This document shows, in pieces, positions 26,501 to 38,752 of a stretch of 64,000 bases of DNA. A model generated the notes under the pieces. The model did no database searches and had not been told where the DNA came from. It worked only from the letters and a program-made list of their open reading frames with translations. Position 1 is the first letter of the stretch, and each line of letters starts with the position of its first letter. This DNA comes from Bugula neritina (Eukaryota; Animalia; Bryozoa), in the NCBI GenBank assembly GCA_964035545.1, contig OZ037771.1:14445133-14509132 (forward strand), given 5' to 3'. The position numbers were made by a program, and so were the translations under genes.

Positions 26501-27521
26501 GCGAAGTAAGAACTACTCTCTGGTTGCTATCAGTTATCAACAATCAAAACTACCTTTAGTTTATGACAAAATAAATATAATTCATGAAGGTTTCATTGAT
26601 GGAAAACACAGCTAAGTCTAGTATAAAGGTTTTAACTTCATTGCTGAAGAAATCTGTTGTTGTAGATCACACAGAACGTGGCTGCAGCTCTGAAACACTA
26701 CGGAGGGAAGTTTCTAGAAGACGCCAAGGAAGGGGCAGCTGACAAGGTGACATAATAATGACTAATAATTTATTCTAGTAATAGTCATAGTAGTCAGTTC
26801 TATTGAAATCTGGTGAACCTACTTTAGTAAAGTCACATCACGAAATTTTATAGGTCAAGTCTCGGGTGCATTTCATTACATAATCTCTTCAACTTGAGCA
26901 AACTTGAACTCACTATTAATTTAACATAAAGTTACTACTAGAAACCATATTCAGTAAATGTAACAGCCAATCACATTTTATTTTCATGGGGCATTAAAAC
27001 ACTTAAATAATATCATCGTACAAAACTATATTGTAATTATATGATAAAATAATATATAATCTATATTATGATAATATATTGCATATTATATTATTATTAT
27101 TTGACAGTGGAATTGCTGTTAAGTTAAAACTTGTATCTTATACTGAAAGAGAATTACTTTCTACCATGATGATTATACATTTATTCTACTCTTCCTTTCT
27201 AACATTTTTGAGTTTATAAATAAATACATATTTGTTAATTTGAGTTGCACTGTTTATATCTCAAGTGCCTTTAGGTAATATGCCTTTATATAATATATAT
27301 TGCTGTAACGTCATTAAACAAGAATGTTTTATTTTCATACCAACTTTCTGACAGACAGCTCTCCACGCTGCCTGTAAATTAGGTATGTCTTTTAGATGAA
27401 CCAAACCCTGGGATACCTGAAAGACCGTCTCCATGAGCACTTGGCTGATGCTAAAGATACGTTTATTTCCCTTAAAGACCACGTGACTGACGCAGTACAA
27501 GACTGGGTCTCCCCCAACTAA
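23508..27521 (+). CDS. Divergent member of the same precursor family, gene 4 (291 aa)
   Basis: Coding exons 23508-23712, 24252-24352, 24653-24782, 25715-25803, 26362-26505, 26666-26746, 27396-27521 give an open 876-nt frame. Signal peptide MKVLGTLLVVVVLFNVCHG, LFGKR and SKR-GLLTDAW...FQPH (compare DAW...FKPH in gene 1), and two shared phase-1 intron positions. Confidence 0.85.
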
Positions 27522-28727
27522 ATAATGTAAGCACCGATAAAATTTAAGCTACGCATCCTAATTGATAAAATTTTCGATAGAAATCCGAACTAAGAGTTCT
27601 TAAAATTTTATAACTCCAACATTTTAATGCAGATTTCATCTTTTAAAATGTCTTACATATTGTGTCAAAGTTCGATTTGCGTCATTATAAAGTCTGAAGA
27701 CCATTTATTTCAACAACTTTAACAATTCCTTAACGAAATAATTTTTCTGCTTTTAGGTCAAGAGTTGAATCTAAGTACGTCAAGATGTAACACAATTAAA
27801 ACTTCAATTAGATATTTGAGGAGGAATAAATAATTATCTTTGCTGGAGTTTGCAAAATCTAAATGCAAATAAATACAAAGATTTGATAAAAGCTAATGTC
27901 ATTTTCATATTATATTTACTTTTTATAGAGGTCAACATATTACAGTTCATACGCATTTACGACCATAAATAGTAGGATAATTCTAACATTTAAATATCAT
28001 AAACTATGCAATAGCATCAATAACAATGAAGTTTGATTCACATTTGCAATATTATAGACACGTAACTTATAGTTATAAAAGGAGTGGTTTGACAACCAAT
28101 AAAATGAAAATTCCGGGTTAAATATCTTTAAGAAATAAAAGAAGTTTATAGATATCAAAACACTATTGCATAGTGATTGCTGCTGAATACAGCAAAAGGA
28201 ATCCCAGGCATTGTAAATTAAAGGAACACAATACTTATAATTTCCTAGTATTGAAAAAGTAGTAATTATTGGAATAAAAATGGTAGACATCAAAGAGAAT
28301 AATATAAAATAAAATATTGTCAGACAACCTGATTGGTGTTTATAAAACCATCAAATAAAGATTTAGTTAAAGCACCTTAAATGGAGATATATAGAACCAC
28401 AGAGTTATTATAGTGAGATAGCAAAATATCCAACACAAAGTTAGTTTGAAATAAACATAAGTTAAAAAGTTTGGTTTAAACTTGAGAAAATTGAAAGACT
28501 TGTGCGTAGTTCAATTTCGATACATTGCAACATTGAAATGGTAGAGTAGAAAGACTCGAGTGTTGAAAGCTATAAGAAAACAGAGAGCTAGGCCAGCCAA
28601 TACATTCAATATATCAAACATGTCAGCCAATGGGAATGAGAATACATGATCTGTACTGGTAGCTCCTGAGACAAGCTAAATAGCTATTGAACTAGTAATG
28701 AATGAACCAATAATATAGCAGGTAACA

Positions 28728-31700
28728 TTAGCTGTTATCCTCTCCGTCATCTGGCTCTTCTAAAACCCGGTGTTTCTTGCGACGTCTGCACGGTGGAAAT
28801 ACTGAGTGACATGTGACAATGTTCATCTTTTCAGCACCTACAGTGTGAGAGTATAGAGTCAGTATAGAGTCAGTATACAGTCAGTATACAGTCAGTACAT
28901 AGTCAGTATACAGTCAGTATAGAGTCAGTATACAGTCAGTATGTAGTCAGTATATAGTCAGTATACAGGCAGTATATAGTCAGTATATAGTCAGTATATA
29001 GTCAGTATATAGTCAGTATGTAGTCAGTATATAGTCAGTATACAGTCAGTATACAGTCAGTATACAGTCAGTATACAGTCAGTATACAGTCAGTATACAG
29101 TCAGTAACTTATAAACTAAGATCTCACATTCACTACAAGATACGGGGAGGGGGAGTACGCCCGCATATTACACACAGTTAGAGCCAACATATTAGTAAGC
29201 TTACTTTCTAAAGAGTCTGGCAAGGGTCTGTTCATTGTCTCTGGCAAAAAGAGCGCTGCCAGAAAGCCGACAGCGCCGGCAGCAGAGAAGATGATGTACG
29301 GCATTATTTCCCACACAGGAACCTGTAATATAGGATCTAGATTGCTAAAGAAAAGGCATAATACCTCATCTTAAGTTGCGTTTATATCTCTGCTGAAAAA
29401 ATACCGAGTTTCAGTCAATATCGGTTGTCGGGGTACCTCTTTATAGTCAAACTTAAAATCGTTGAAATCAAATTGATGCGAGAAGCTTACCATCAAAAAG
29501 TGAAATCTGACTAGCCTGATCGCTATTTGATGCCCTTTGAAAACGCCGTGAATTAGTGAAGTTGACAGCATAAAAGCGATAATTGAGAAGGCGTAGGTGA
29601 TGTAATTATGAACACACAAATCCGTCATCTAATCGCCAAGTAACGATATTTACAAGAAGTTATTACTCCTTTTGAGTATTATTCTGAAATCAGCCGATTA
29701 AGTTATCACAGTACAAAAATTTTTATGAGTGGCTTTTACAATGCACTGCAACTCGGAGAAATTTCAACCCGACCAAATTGAATAATTCTGAGTGAAAATT
29801 GTGAAGGTATAAAGGCAACTTTATTCTATCAGTATTACAGAGAGAGTATCACACTAAGCAGCTGGTCTCTTCAGGGTTGTTGGTTACTGCTGAGAAGTTA
29901 CTAGAAGGTATATCACAGGATAAAAATGTGACTCGTGTTGGAATACGAAGAGAACTGTTGAATGGTAACACAAAATAAATACCGTTGATGGGACGAATGC
30001 AGCCACCGCACCAGCCAACCTGGCCAAACCGGATCCAGTGCCTAAGGCTAAGGTTCTAGTCTACAGAATAGAGACTGTTACATAAATACATGACTATGTC
30101 AAGGTTGTTTGGATATATCTCACACATTAATACATATTTTTTATATAACTTTGAAATAAACCATTTTATGGAAAGAAAGCATCTTAAAAACCTCTTTGAA
30201 GGTAAAACTCATGTTAGTGTATGCGAGTTAATCTAAATACTATGTAAAGTTGAGAGAGTAGATAACTCTGAAATATAGTTCAGAGTGAATCTTACAGTTG
30301 GCGTATTAGCTAATTGCTTTAAATCAACAAGAATAAAATTGATCTATTCTGAAAAAAGGTGGAATTAAAACTAAAGTTTTGATTGCTATGGCCATCACAG
30401 TTTTGAGGAGTGGATATATACTAACCTGGGTGGGGTAGAGCTCAGTGGTGGATATATAAATGAAACTGAACCCCGGACTCACGACAAACTTTCCGAGCAT
30501 GGCAAGTATGATGGTAGCCCAGTACGAGCCTGCAATCATAGTTACAAGTGATGGAGCTGAATCGAATTTATTTCCTAGAGGAAAACTAAATGAAGAAAAG
30601 CGTAACAACACTTTTTGACGGGTAGGCAACTTCAAAGATATTAGAAATCCTACACTAAAGCAATTTATCAAGGAAATAGCAATCTGCATAGCGTCCCGAG
30701 TTTGAATCTCATGAATTAAACTTACCAAGTAGTCACACGCTACAACATAGCATAAAGTAAACAAAACTCACCTTGAGCGAAGCATATAGCCAACATGGAG
30801 AGAGTAGCAATGAGAAAAGAAAGGAGGATGGCTCGACGCCGCCCTATCTTTATCACCCAGATAGCAAGAAAATTTGCTACCAGCTCTACGGCACCGAGAA
30901 TTGCGTTATTGACGTAGATGGAACCTTGGAGATTACCTGAAGAGAATTAATATTACAGTGAAACTTCTTTTGTTTTCGTTTCAAGTACCAAATACAAAAT
31001 GTCTCCTCGTGAAATGTGGCCGAAGTATCAGAAGTTGTCCCCACAATGTGGGTACTGATGCCTGCTTTGTTTAACTCATCTAGCAACCAAATGCAAGTGC
31101 AAAGTCCTGAATATTGAGAGAAAAAAAAACAAAAACACTTTAGGATTTATTCTCAAAAATGTTTCTTAGTATGACAGCTGCATCTATCTCGCTACCCTGT
31201 CAGCAACTATGGGATAATTTGTGTAATGTATTGTACCTGCCCCCCTGTACCCTCCACCCCTTGCACCGGGCCCCTGTACCCTACACCCCTTGTACCTGCT
31301 ACTTTGTACTGCGTTTAGTGCAGTGTTGAACAGATCTAGCTCTCCAAATTGAGTAATTTGTGCAAATATTACACAAAATATTTACAGTTGGGTGGATACA
31401 TCAACCATATAACAAGTGCTGCTATACACTGGATAGTAGAGGGAGAATAAAGGTCACTCACCTACGTTATAAGACATACCAAAGTATTCCAAGGATATCA
31501 TAAACCATAACAATAAACAAACAACTCCCAACTTTCTAAGATTTGGTGTTTTAAATAGATCCAGTGTAGAGTGACTTTGGTGTTGCTGTAATTGAGAGTA
31601 CAAACTGCAGTGAGAAGATAAGTCTTGATAGATGGAGCTACTGAAGTGATAACATGTATATATCTAATTAAAAAGCTGAAAATATAAATGTTACGGTTTT

Positions 31701-34700
31701 CCTAAATTCAGGGAGCAGCCATAGTCTAGGGGTTAGAGCGTTTGCCTGGTAAACACAAGGTCATGGGTTCGAGCCCAGTCAAAGGCTATTGGTGATGTTA
31801 GGAAGAGCATCCAGTCATAATTGCTCCTGTGCCTCATTTATATAAGTTCTTAACACGCTTTAACAAAAACCCTTTCCATCAGGGGTTTTTCACAGGGATA
31901 GCGACTATAAACTACCGTGAGTTTTTTTCCTAAATTCATCTATCAGCAGAAAATGTAAAAATATATCAAAATTTAAATATGTGAAATATTTGAGATGGAC
32001 AAGAAATACCTTGAATATTTTTCATTTTTTTAGGAAACATTTTCTGAAATATTCAATTTTTTTAGCATTTGTTGCCGATAATTTAAATGTAGTGAATCAT
32101 ATAATATAATATGTACTAACACATTAGTAATAGTCTGGTAATAGTGGATGTAAGAACCTGACCGATTATAATATGACACTACATTGACACTAGTAGTAAG
32201 GTGACACTATATGACACTACATTGACACTAGTAGTAAGGTGACACTATATGACACATTGACACTACATTGACACTAGTAGTAAGGTGACACTATATGACA
32301 CTACATTGACATTAGTAGTAAGGTGACACTATATGACACTACATTGGCACTAGTAGTAAGGTGGAACTCACAGCAATATTTAACACTATTTTGACATCAG
32401 AAGGCAAGTGCTTCTTATTGATTCTAGCTGAGGTCCTAAAATAGTTCATCGCCTTTTCGGTTTTACCCCGCATCATTAGCCATCTGGGAGACTCGGGCAT
32501 GAAGCTAATCAGTTGTAAAGAGTAAATTACTTACAGGAAACATGTACTGAGTAGCAATAGCAGTAGTTACTTACAGCATACACTTACACTATACATTTAC
32601 AGTATACACTTACAGTATACACTTACAGTATACACTTACAGTATACACTTACAGTATACACTTACAGTATACACTTACGGTGCATACGTGAGATAGAAGA
32701 GGTGTACACGTACAGTATACAGTATATAATACAGAGTTATATACTTACAATACATAGGTGAGATACAGTATATAATACAGTTATATACTTACAATACATA
32801 GGTGAGATAGAGTATATAATACAGTTATATACTTACAATACATAGGTGAGATAGAGTATATAATACAGAGTTATATACTTATAATACATAGGTGAGGTAG
32901 AGTATATAATACAGAGTTATATACTTACAATACATAGGTGAGATAGAGTATATGTGACAGAGCTATATATAGCTGAAATCTTCTCCAGTTAGGGTCAAGG
33001 TAGAATATAACACCAGTGAGAATGTAGGCTATAGAGTAAGTATTGTCCGAGAGGAGTCCTAACAGCCCCCGATCTTTTGGACGAGCAAACTCTGCAGCTG
33101 AAAGAGACAACAACTTCCCATTCGTCAAATAAATAAAAATCGAACAATGAAGCGTAAACAATGAAATTTCAATACATTTTCAGCTTTTCAGTGTCATTGG
33201 AATTTGGAGTTATATTCTCTTTCTGAAAAATATCAATCAGTGACATCTCAAAGTTGGGCAAATGATAGGAGCAGATAATTTTCGCTTAGGTTATTCTGCA
33301 AACACAGACTACAAAAATACAAATCCCAACTATAAAAATTCAATCCAAAAATAAAAAAAGAAATTTGAATTTTATTCTCCGTTGCAAACTTACCTAACTT
33401 ACCTTACTGGACAATTATTTCTAACAAGTAGATTTCTGATATATATTCTGTTTATTTTATTTCTAATGTTGACTTCATTTACACAATCTCAAAGTCAGAA
33501 GAAAAAATATTTTATTTATTAAGCTTATTCAAATCAAATCCAGTTTGAGAATTTCAGCAAATAATTTTGACAACACAATTTTCCATTTTTCTCAAATCAT
33601 TCATTCATTCATTGCATTTGTAAGACACTTTCTCACAAAATTATCACTGGGGGTGCCTCAACACTTAATGATAGCCAATGCAGCCCACTCGAATAGAACC
33701 TACTCCATTGTCATACTAACAAGAAGACAATTTTGACTTCTATAAACAAGAGTTAATTGACAACTCACCCAGGATGTAGGCGGAGTTCCTGGTACCAGCC
33801 ACGCCCATACCAATGAAGAATCTTAGCGCTACAAATAGCTCGTAGTTAGGGCTGTAGGCAGCGCCTACAGAGGCAGCAAGTGTGAGCAGCGCTGATATGA
33901 GAAGCAGCAGTCTTCTACCAAACCTAGCAGATGTACAGACAGACTTTAGCGAGCTGGTTATACATAGGCAGACAACTTCTGATAATTTCATGTATTATAT
34001 ACTTGACTAGTACTTTTATTGCATTATTGTAACACTGGAGGCTTATGGCTTTCAACTAATATTATGCTTTGTATAAAATATATACTGCTTTTTTGTATGA
34101 AGAGAGAAATGTAAAGATATCATTTAACCTCGAGTAATCTACTAGTGAATGACACCTTTGCTGATAATTTTCCAGCTGCTTCCACTTTCAGTTAATGCAA
34201 AATGTGTTATATTTCAGCATTTCATTTCGAATTTCAAACTTTTGAAAATTTCAAAATGATAAATTAATTTATAATTTAATTCCCAACTTACCAGTTTAGC
34301 TATTAACTTACTTATTCAGCTACTAACTCACTAATTTAGCTATTAAATTATTCATTCTGCTACTAACTCACTAATTTAGCTACTACCGTACCCTTTTAGT
34401 TACAAACACCAAATTAGTAACCAACTTATATATACTTCTGTCTATACACCTATGTAATTGTGATATAATTAGTGAAATCAATTGAAAAAACTGATTGAAA
34501 TGCATACATACAAACAACCACCTGCGCTCACCTGTCAGCCAAATCTCCTAGTATAATACATCCTGTGAAGAAACCCAGCATGTAGATGGTAGATGCCAAG
34601 TCTATCAGGTACTCTTTGTTGCATGTCAAGTTCCACTACAGCATGTCAAGCAAAGTGTCAACAGGTGCTTCAAAGTGAGATCACATGACAGAATATACTG

Positions 34701-36800
34701 TGTTACTCATGCTTGCTGTGGCCATAAGTCACATGCTAATTGCTATGTGAACATATTTACTTAATTTACTACCCACTGAATATTATCATTGTCAACACAT
34801 TGTATAAAATTATACTGGCTAATATTTCTAGTGAAGTGTTACAGGACAAGTGAAACCAAATACTTTTTACATTTAATTAAATTAAATTTCACAATTAAAT
34901 ACTTTTTAATTTTTTCTTCATTCTCTGCATTTTTGTTAAATTCCTAATCAGAATAAAGGTTTTAGCGATTATTTCTGCAGTCTGTGAACTGTATGTAATT
35001 ATTAGGCAATGCTCAACTTTGTGAAATATATTATATTATTATACAATCTTCTGGGTGGCAGCTGATCATGTGACTTTTTGAGCCAATAATACTGCAGCAC
35101 AATCGGCATGAATTAAGAGCGCTAAATTAAAGCCTACAGTGAGTAGAAAGAAATGAAACAATTGGGTACAATGCTAAAGCATGCTATGCTGTGACCTTAC
35201 TATAACACACCTATCAAAGTCATGTTGGAGCAGGTAAATATAATACTGAATAATGCAAGCTATCCACTCTTACTAGAATGTTAAATACTACTAGTTTATA
35301 CCACATCAATTTAACAATGTCACCAGATACAGCTTATAAAACTAAATACTCGGTAAACTAACAAATCACAAGAATGTTTGGTTGTCTTTGTTAACATCCT
35401 TGTTAAATATTTTTCAAGGATATGCAAAGGGAGCAGCCATGGTCTAGGCCCTAGGGGTTAGAGAGTTGGATTTAGTAAACCAGAGTCATGGGTTCGATCC
35501 CCAGCAAAGGCCAATGGTGATGTTAGGAAGAGTATCCAGTCATAATTACTCCTGTGCTACATATGAATAAGTCCTTAGCCACCTTTAATATAACCTCTCC
35601 AGCAGGGATAGTGACTATAAAGTTGTGTGAGTATTTATATTATATACGTAGCTTAATATTGCATAAATATTAATTCATACCAAAAAAATAATATAAAAGC
35701 ATGGCTTCACAGAAAGAATAGTATAGCCACGCACCTCATAGTTGACGGTGGAGTTAAAGACGGTTCTGTTATACACCCACTTCGTACACTTTATGGAAGT
35801 CATGCTATGTGTACTGCCATTGCTGTAGATTGTAGAAGTGTTGTACGTACATTTCCCTGTCGGCAAACAAAATGGTGACTCATCACAAATCAAAATGGTA
35901 GCAAACTACTGCAATTAAAAGAAAGTGTTTTACGTCAGCATACAATAACACAAAACATCTCATTCTGGTATATCATAAAGTTGATATGTTTTCTGGATTT
36001 TGTTATACATTTAATAATCTATATATTGCCTGTTCCCAACTTAAAATGATCAAATTGAAATTAATTTTTTTCTGACGCAAAAAAGAAATTAAGCAAGTAA
36101 TAAAATGAGTCCTATGAAATTCCCTGCTAGACTTACTATTGTTACCATAGAATAGCTTGAGTTCTAAAACTGACACTGAATAGAGGCTACATACTATACT
36201 AATACTGAGTAACACCCACCAGGGAAGTAGAGAGTGGTGTGGTTGTCGGCTGACGTAGTATTGCCAGGGGTGGCACAGACATGACCCCCTTGACCCCCCT
36301 CAAACACCATAGACATGTTGTTAAATCCACAAGACATGGCCACAAGGAAGAGGAAAACTGCAACAGAAAAAAAGATTCAAAGTTTCTAGCTCATGCTCAT
36401 AATTCCCAGGCTCTCTACTCCAACACAGCAGTGTGCCATAATTCTACCTTTTTTCCCAAAGAACAGGAGTAAGAGCTGATAAATGAGCTACTCACACCAC
36501 AGGACATACTGGTATCGCCCGATCCCCACTCTGGAAACTGCGTCATCAAACTGCCAGATGACTTGAGACGAGGAACTGACATCGGTGGAGGTTGTAAGGT
36601 CAGTGATGTCACTGCTGTCGGCAGCAGTCTTGTCATTCTCTTCACTGGCCAGTAGCGGCTCTCGGTCTAAGATAGGAAAAACCAACTCCCAAATTCTCAC
36701 AATCGCAATCTAATAATATGGCTTTACATAAAACTAATACAAATTCAGAAAACAAACAAATAATTAAAATATTTATTAAAATACCTGTAATATCTGTCAT
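28728..36800 (-). CDS. SLC22: SLC22-family organic cation transporter-like MFS protein (about 568 aa)
   Basis: 14 exons: 36785-36800, 36496-36666, 36220-36357, 35735-35856, 34532-34635, 33769-33923, 32929-33097, 32372-32504, 31462-31585, 30772-30936, 30426-30529, 29983-30060, 29205-29322, 28728-28837, total 1707 nt. Motifs WNLTC, GDLADRFGRR, PESPRWL, DLFKTPNLRK, ELYPT, LPET. The symbol is family-level only and the start codon is the least certain part. Confidence 0.93.
28850..29106. repeat. 10-bp minisatellite (GTCAGTATA[C/T]A)n
   Basis: Visible array next to the last SLC22 acceptor. Confidence 0.95.
29371..29823. mobile_element. Possible degraded MITE in an SLC22 intron
   Basis: Imperfect terminal inverted repeats TTAAGTTGCGTTTATATCTC / AAGGTATAAAGGCAACTTTA (16 of 20 match). 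Similar end motifs near 23355 and 40339. Confidence 0.4.
31711..31924 (+). mobile_element. tRNA-derived SINE with 14-bp target site duplication
   Basis: A-box-like TAGTCTAGGGGTTAGAGCG, B box GGGTTCGAGCCC, flanked by TTTTCCTAAATTCA at 31697-31710 and 31925-31938. A second copy lies at 35429. Confidence 0.85.
32175..32362. repeat. ~38-bp tandem repeat (GACACTACATTGACACTAGTAGTAAGGTGACACTATAT)
   Basis: About five units adjoining the SLC22 donor at 32371. Confidence 0.9.
32575..32950. repeat. 14-bp array plus a 44-46 bp array containing the SLC22 exon end and donor
   Basis: (ACTTACAGTATAC)n at about 32575-32680. TACTTACAATACATAGGTGAGATAGAGTATA... is repeated five times, the last copy being the real junction at 32928/32929. 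Confidence 0.9.
35429..35630 (+). mobile_element. Second, more diverged copy of the tRNA-derived SINE
   Basis: Colinear with 31711-31924: GGGAGCAGCCAT...GGGTTCGATCCC...GGTGATGTTAGGAAGAG...CAGGGATAGTGACTATAAA. Confidence 0.82.
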
Positions 36801-38601
36801 TGTATAAGCCAATTTTCTTGCTGAATTCAAACTCGTATGTTACAAGCAGACTTACGGTGGAATATCCATTATATTATCTTGAATGATAACCTTTCTAACA
36901 GAAACCAGATGGAATACAGAGTGTCAACAATCAATCTACACAAAGTTCATAAAAATACAACTAGAATGAAATAACGTGCCAATCAAAGTTCATGTTACAT
37001 AGAATAAAGGTCAACTTCATAGAGCAAGGTTGAAGGTGAATCATCAACTCAAACTATCCCCTAAAACAATGGTCTAATATGAAGTGATGAAAAAACTACT
37101 GAACTTGTGTGGTTAGCTACGTACATAAAACTTTCAATGCAAAACATATATAAACATCATGATGAAATTATAATATTTTTTTTAGTTCAACTAAAATGGC
37201 TTTCATGCTCAATTATGGTCAGATTTAATATTCACATATAATAAAAATAGAGATAGTAACACTGGTAGCCTAAGTTTTTTAATTTTATTATTAAATTTTG
37301 GTTTAGGAGCGTGTTGAAACTCTTACGAGAACATAACTTCTTATGCTACATTTATAATCTAAAACACAAGATTTTTTCAATTTCTTCATTACTTTACCTA
37401 CCTCTGTCTATAGGAGAAAACTTATATGTTTGTACTCATGTTTCATTCTTATTATATATTCTATGCAGAATATGATACGCTCTGTCACTATGTTATTGAA
37501 AGTTACATGAACAGAGCTAGAATCAGAATGAAGGCAACTTATCAATTTAAATTACAACTTACTAAGTTAGTAATTACATATAATCAAGGAAAAATTATTT
37601 TATACTATAACTAATTACTGATGCTGTAATAGATTACAACTACCAGTATAAGATAGAAACTATACCAATATGCTTAATTTATACTTGTATAAATTTATAT
37701 TAATTATAATATACTTGTAAATTATCACTATAGTAGTATCAATAGTACTTATTAAGTTATACCTATAATAAATATTAACCTAACTTTTCAAGTCTAACTT
37801 ATTGTTTCAAACAGTAAAAGTAAAACTAATTGATCAATTATCAATCATTCAATGCAAGTAATCAAACTGAAAGTTAAAGTTAGTAACTATCAGTAACTAT
37901 CAGTGTTACTGTAAGTTACACTTGTAAGACTAGAACTAGAAGAGTTACACCTTGACTCAGTCATACTCAGTAAGGAGTTAGAATAAGACTTAATTTCAAA
38001 GTTTCGACTTACTGATACTTACTGTTAAATTCAATGTTACTCATAATTTTAGTGTTAGTAAATCAAAATGTAACTAAGAGTACTAGCTAATACTTTAACC
38101 ACTATTACTATTAGCATTACTAGCTCTAAGGACAAAGGTAAGACTAAGCAGGTACTACTACCACTAGTACTAGTAATACTACTAGCACAAATTGAAATAG
38201 TAGTACTAGTAGTAGTAGTAGTACTACTACTAGTAGTACTAGTACTACTGGTACTAGTAGTATGACTATTACTATGTCTATTAGTATTAGTACCAGAGTA
38301 TTACTATTACTATTTAGTATTACTATGTCTATTGATATTAGTATTACTATTAGTATTACTATTAGTATTACTATTAGTATTAGCCATTATGATTATGATT
38401 ATCACTAGGCCTAGCACTAGCTTTATTAATAGTACTTAACCTTAAAGTAGTACTACTACTTTAAGGTTAAGTTTACCCATTAACGCTAACGGTTCTCAAC
38501 CTTTACATCTTAAACATCTCAGTTTATAGTCTACAAATTTAGCAAAACTGGAAACACTGAACTAAAAATTTTCTAATTCACTGACAGGAAAAGTTTTTGA
38601 G

Positions 38602-38752
38602 AAAGAATGGTTCTATAAGCAGCTCCAAGTTGGAAGTGACTGAGTGCAGTAGTTTGTAGTTTTCAAGGTTTTAATAGAATCCACACTAAAGAATTTTCGA
38701 ACTACTGTACTCAGTCACCCCAACATTGGAGCTTCTTATAAAACTATCCTTT
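38602..38752. mobile_element. ~150-bp foldback element or MITE
   Basis: ~55-bp imperfect inverted arms (...CTATAAGCAGCTCCAAGTTGGAAGTGACTGAGTGCAGTAGTT / AACTACTGTACTCAGTCACCCCAACATTGGAGCTTCTTATA...). The right end is CCTTTAA. Confidence 0.6.

Noticed and set aside
31711-31790. tRNA genes at 31711 and 35429
   Set aside because: No proper acceptor stem. The tRNA-like head continues into a shared non-tRNA body and one copy has a target duplication, so these are SINEs.
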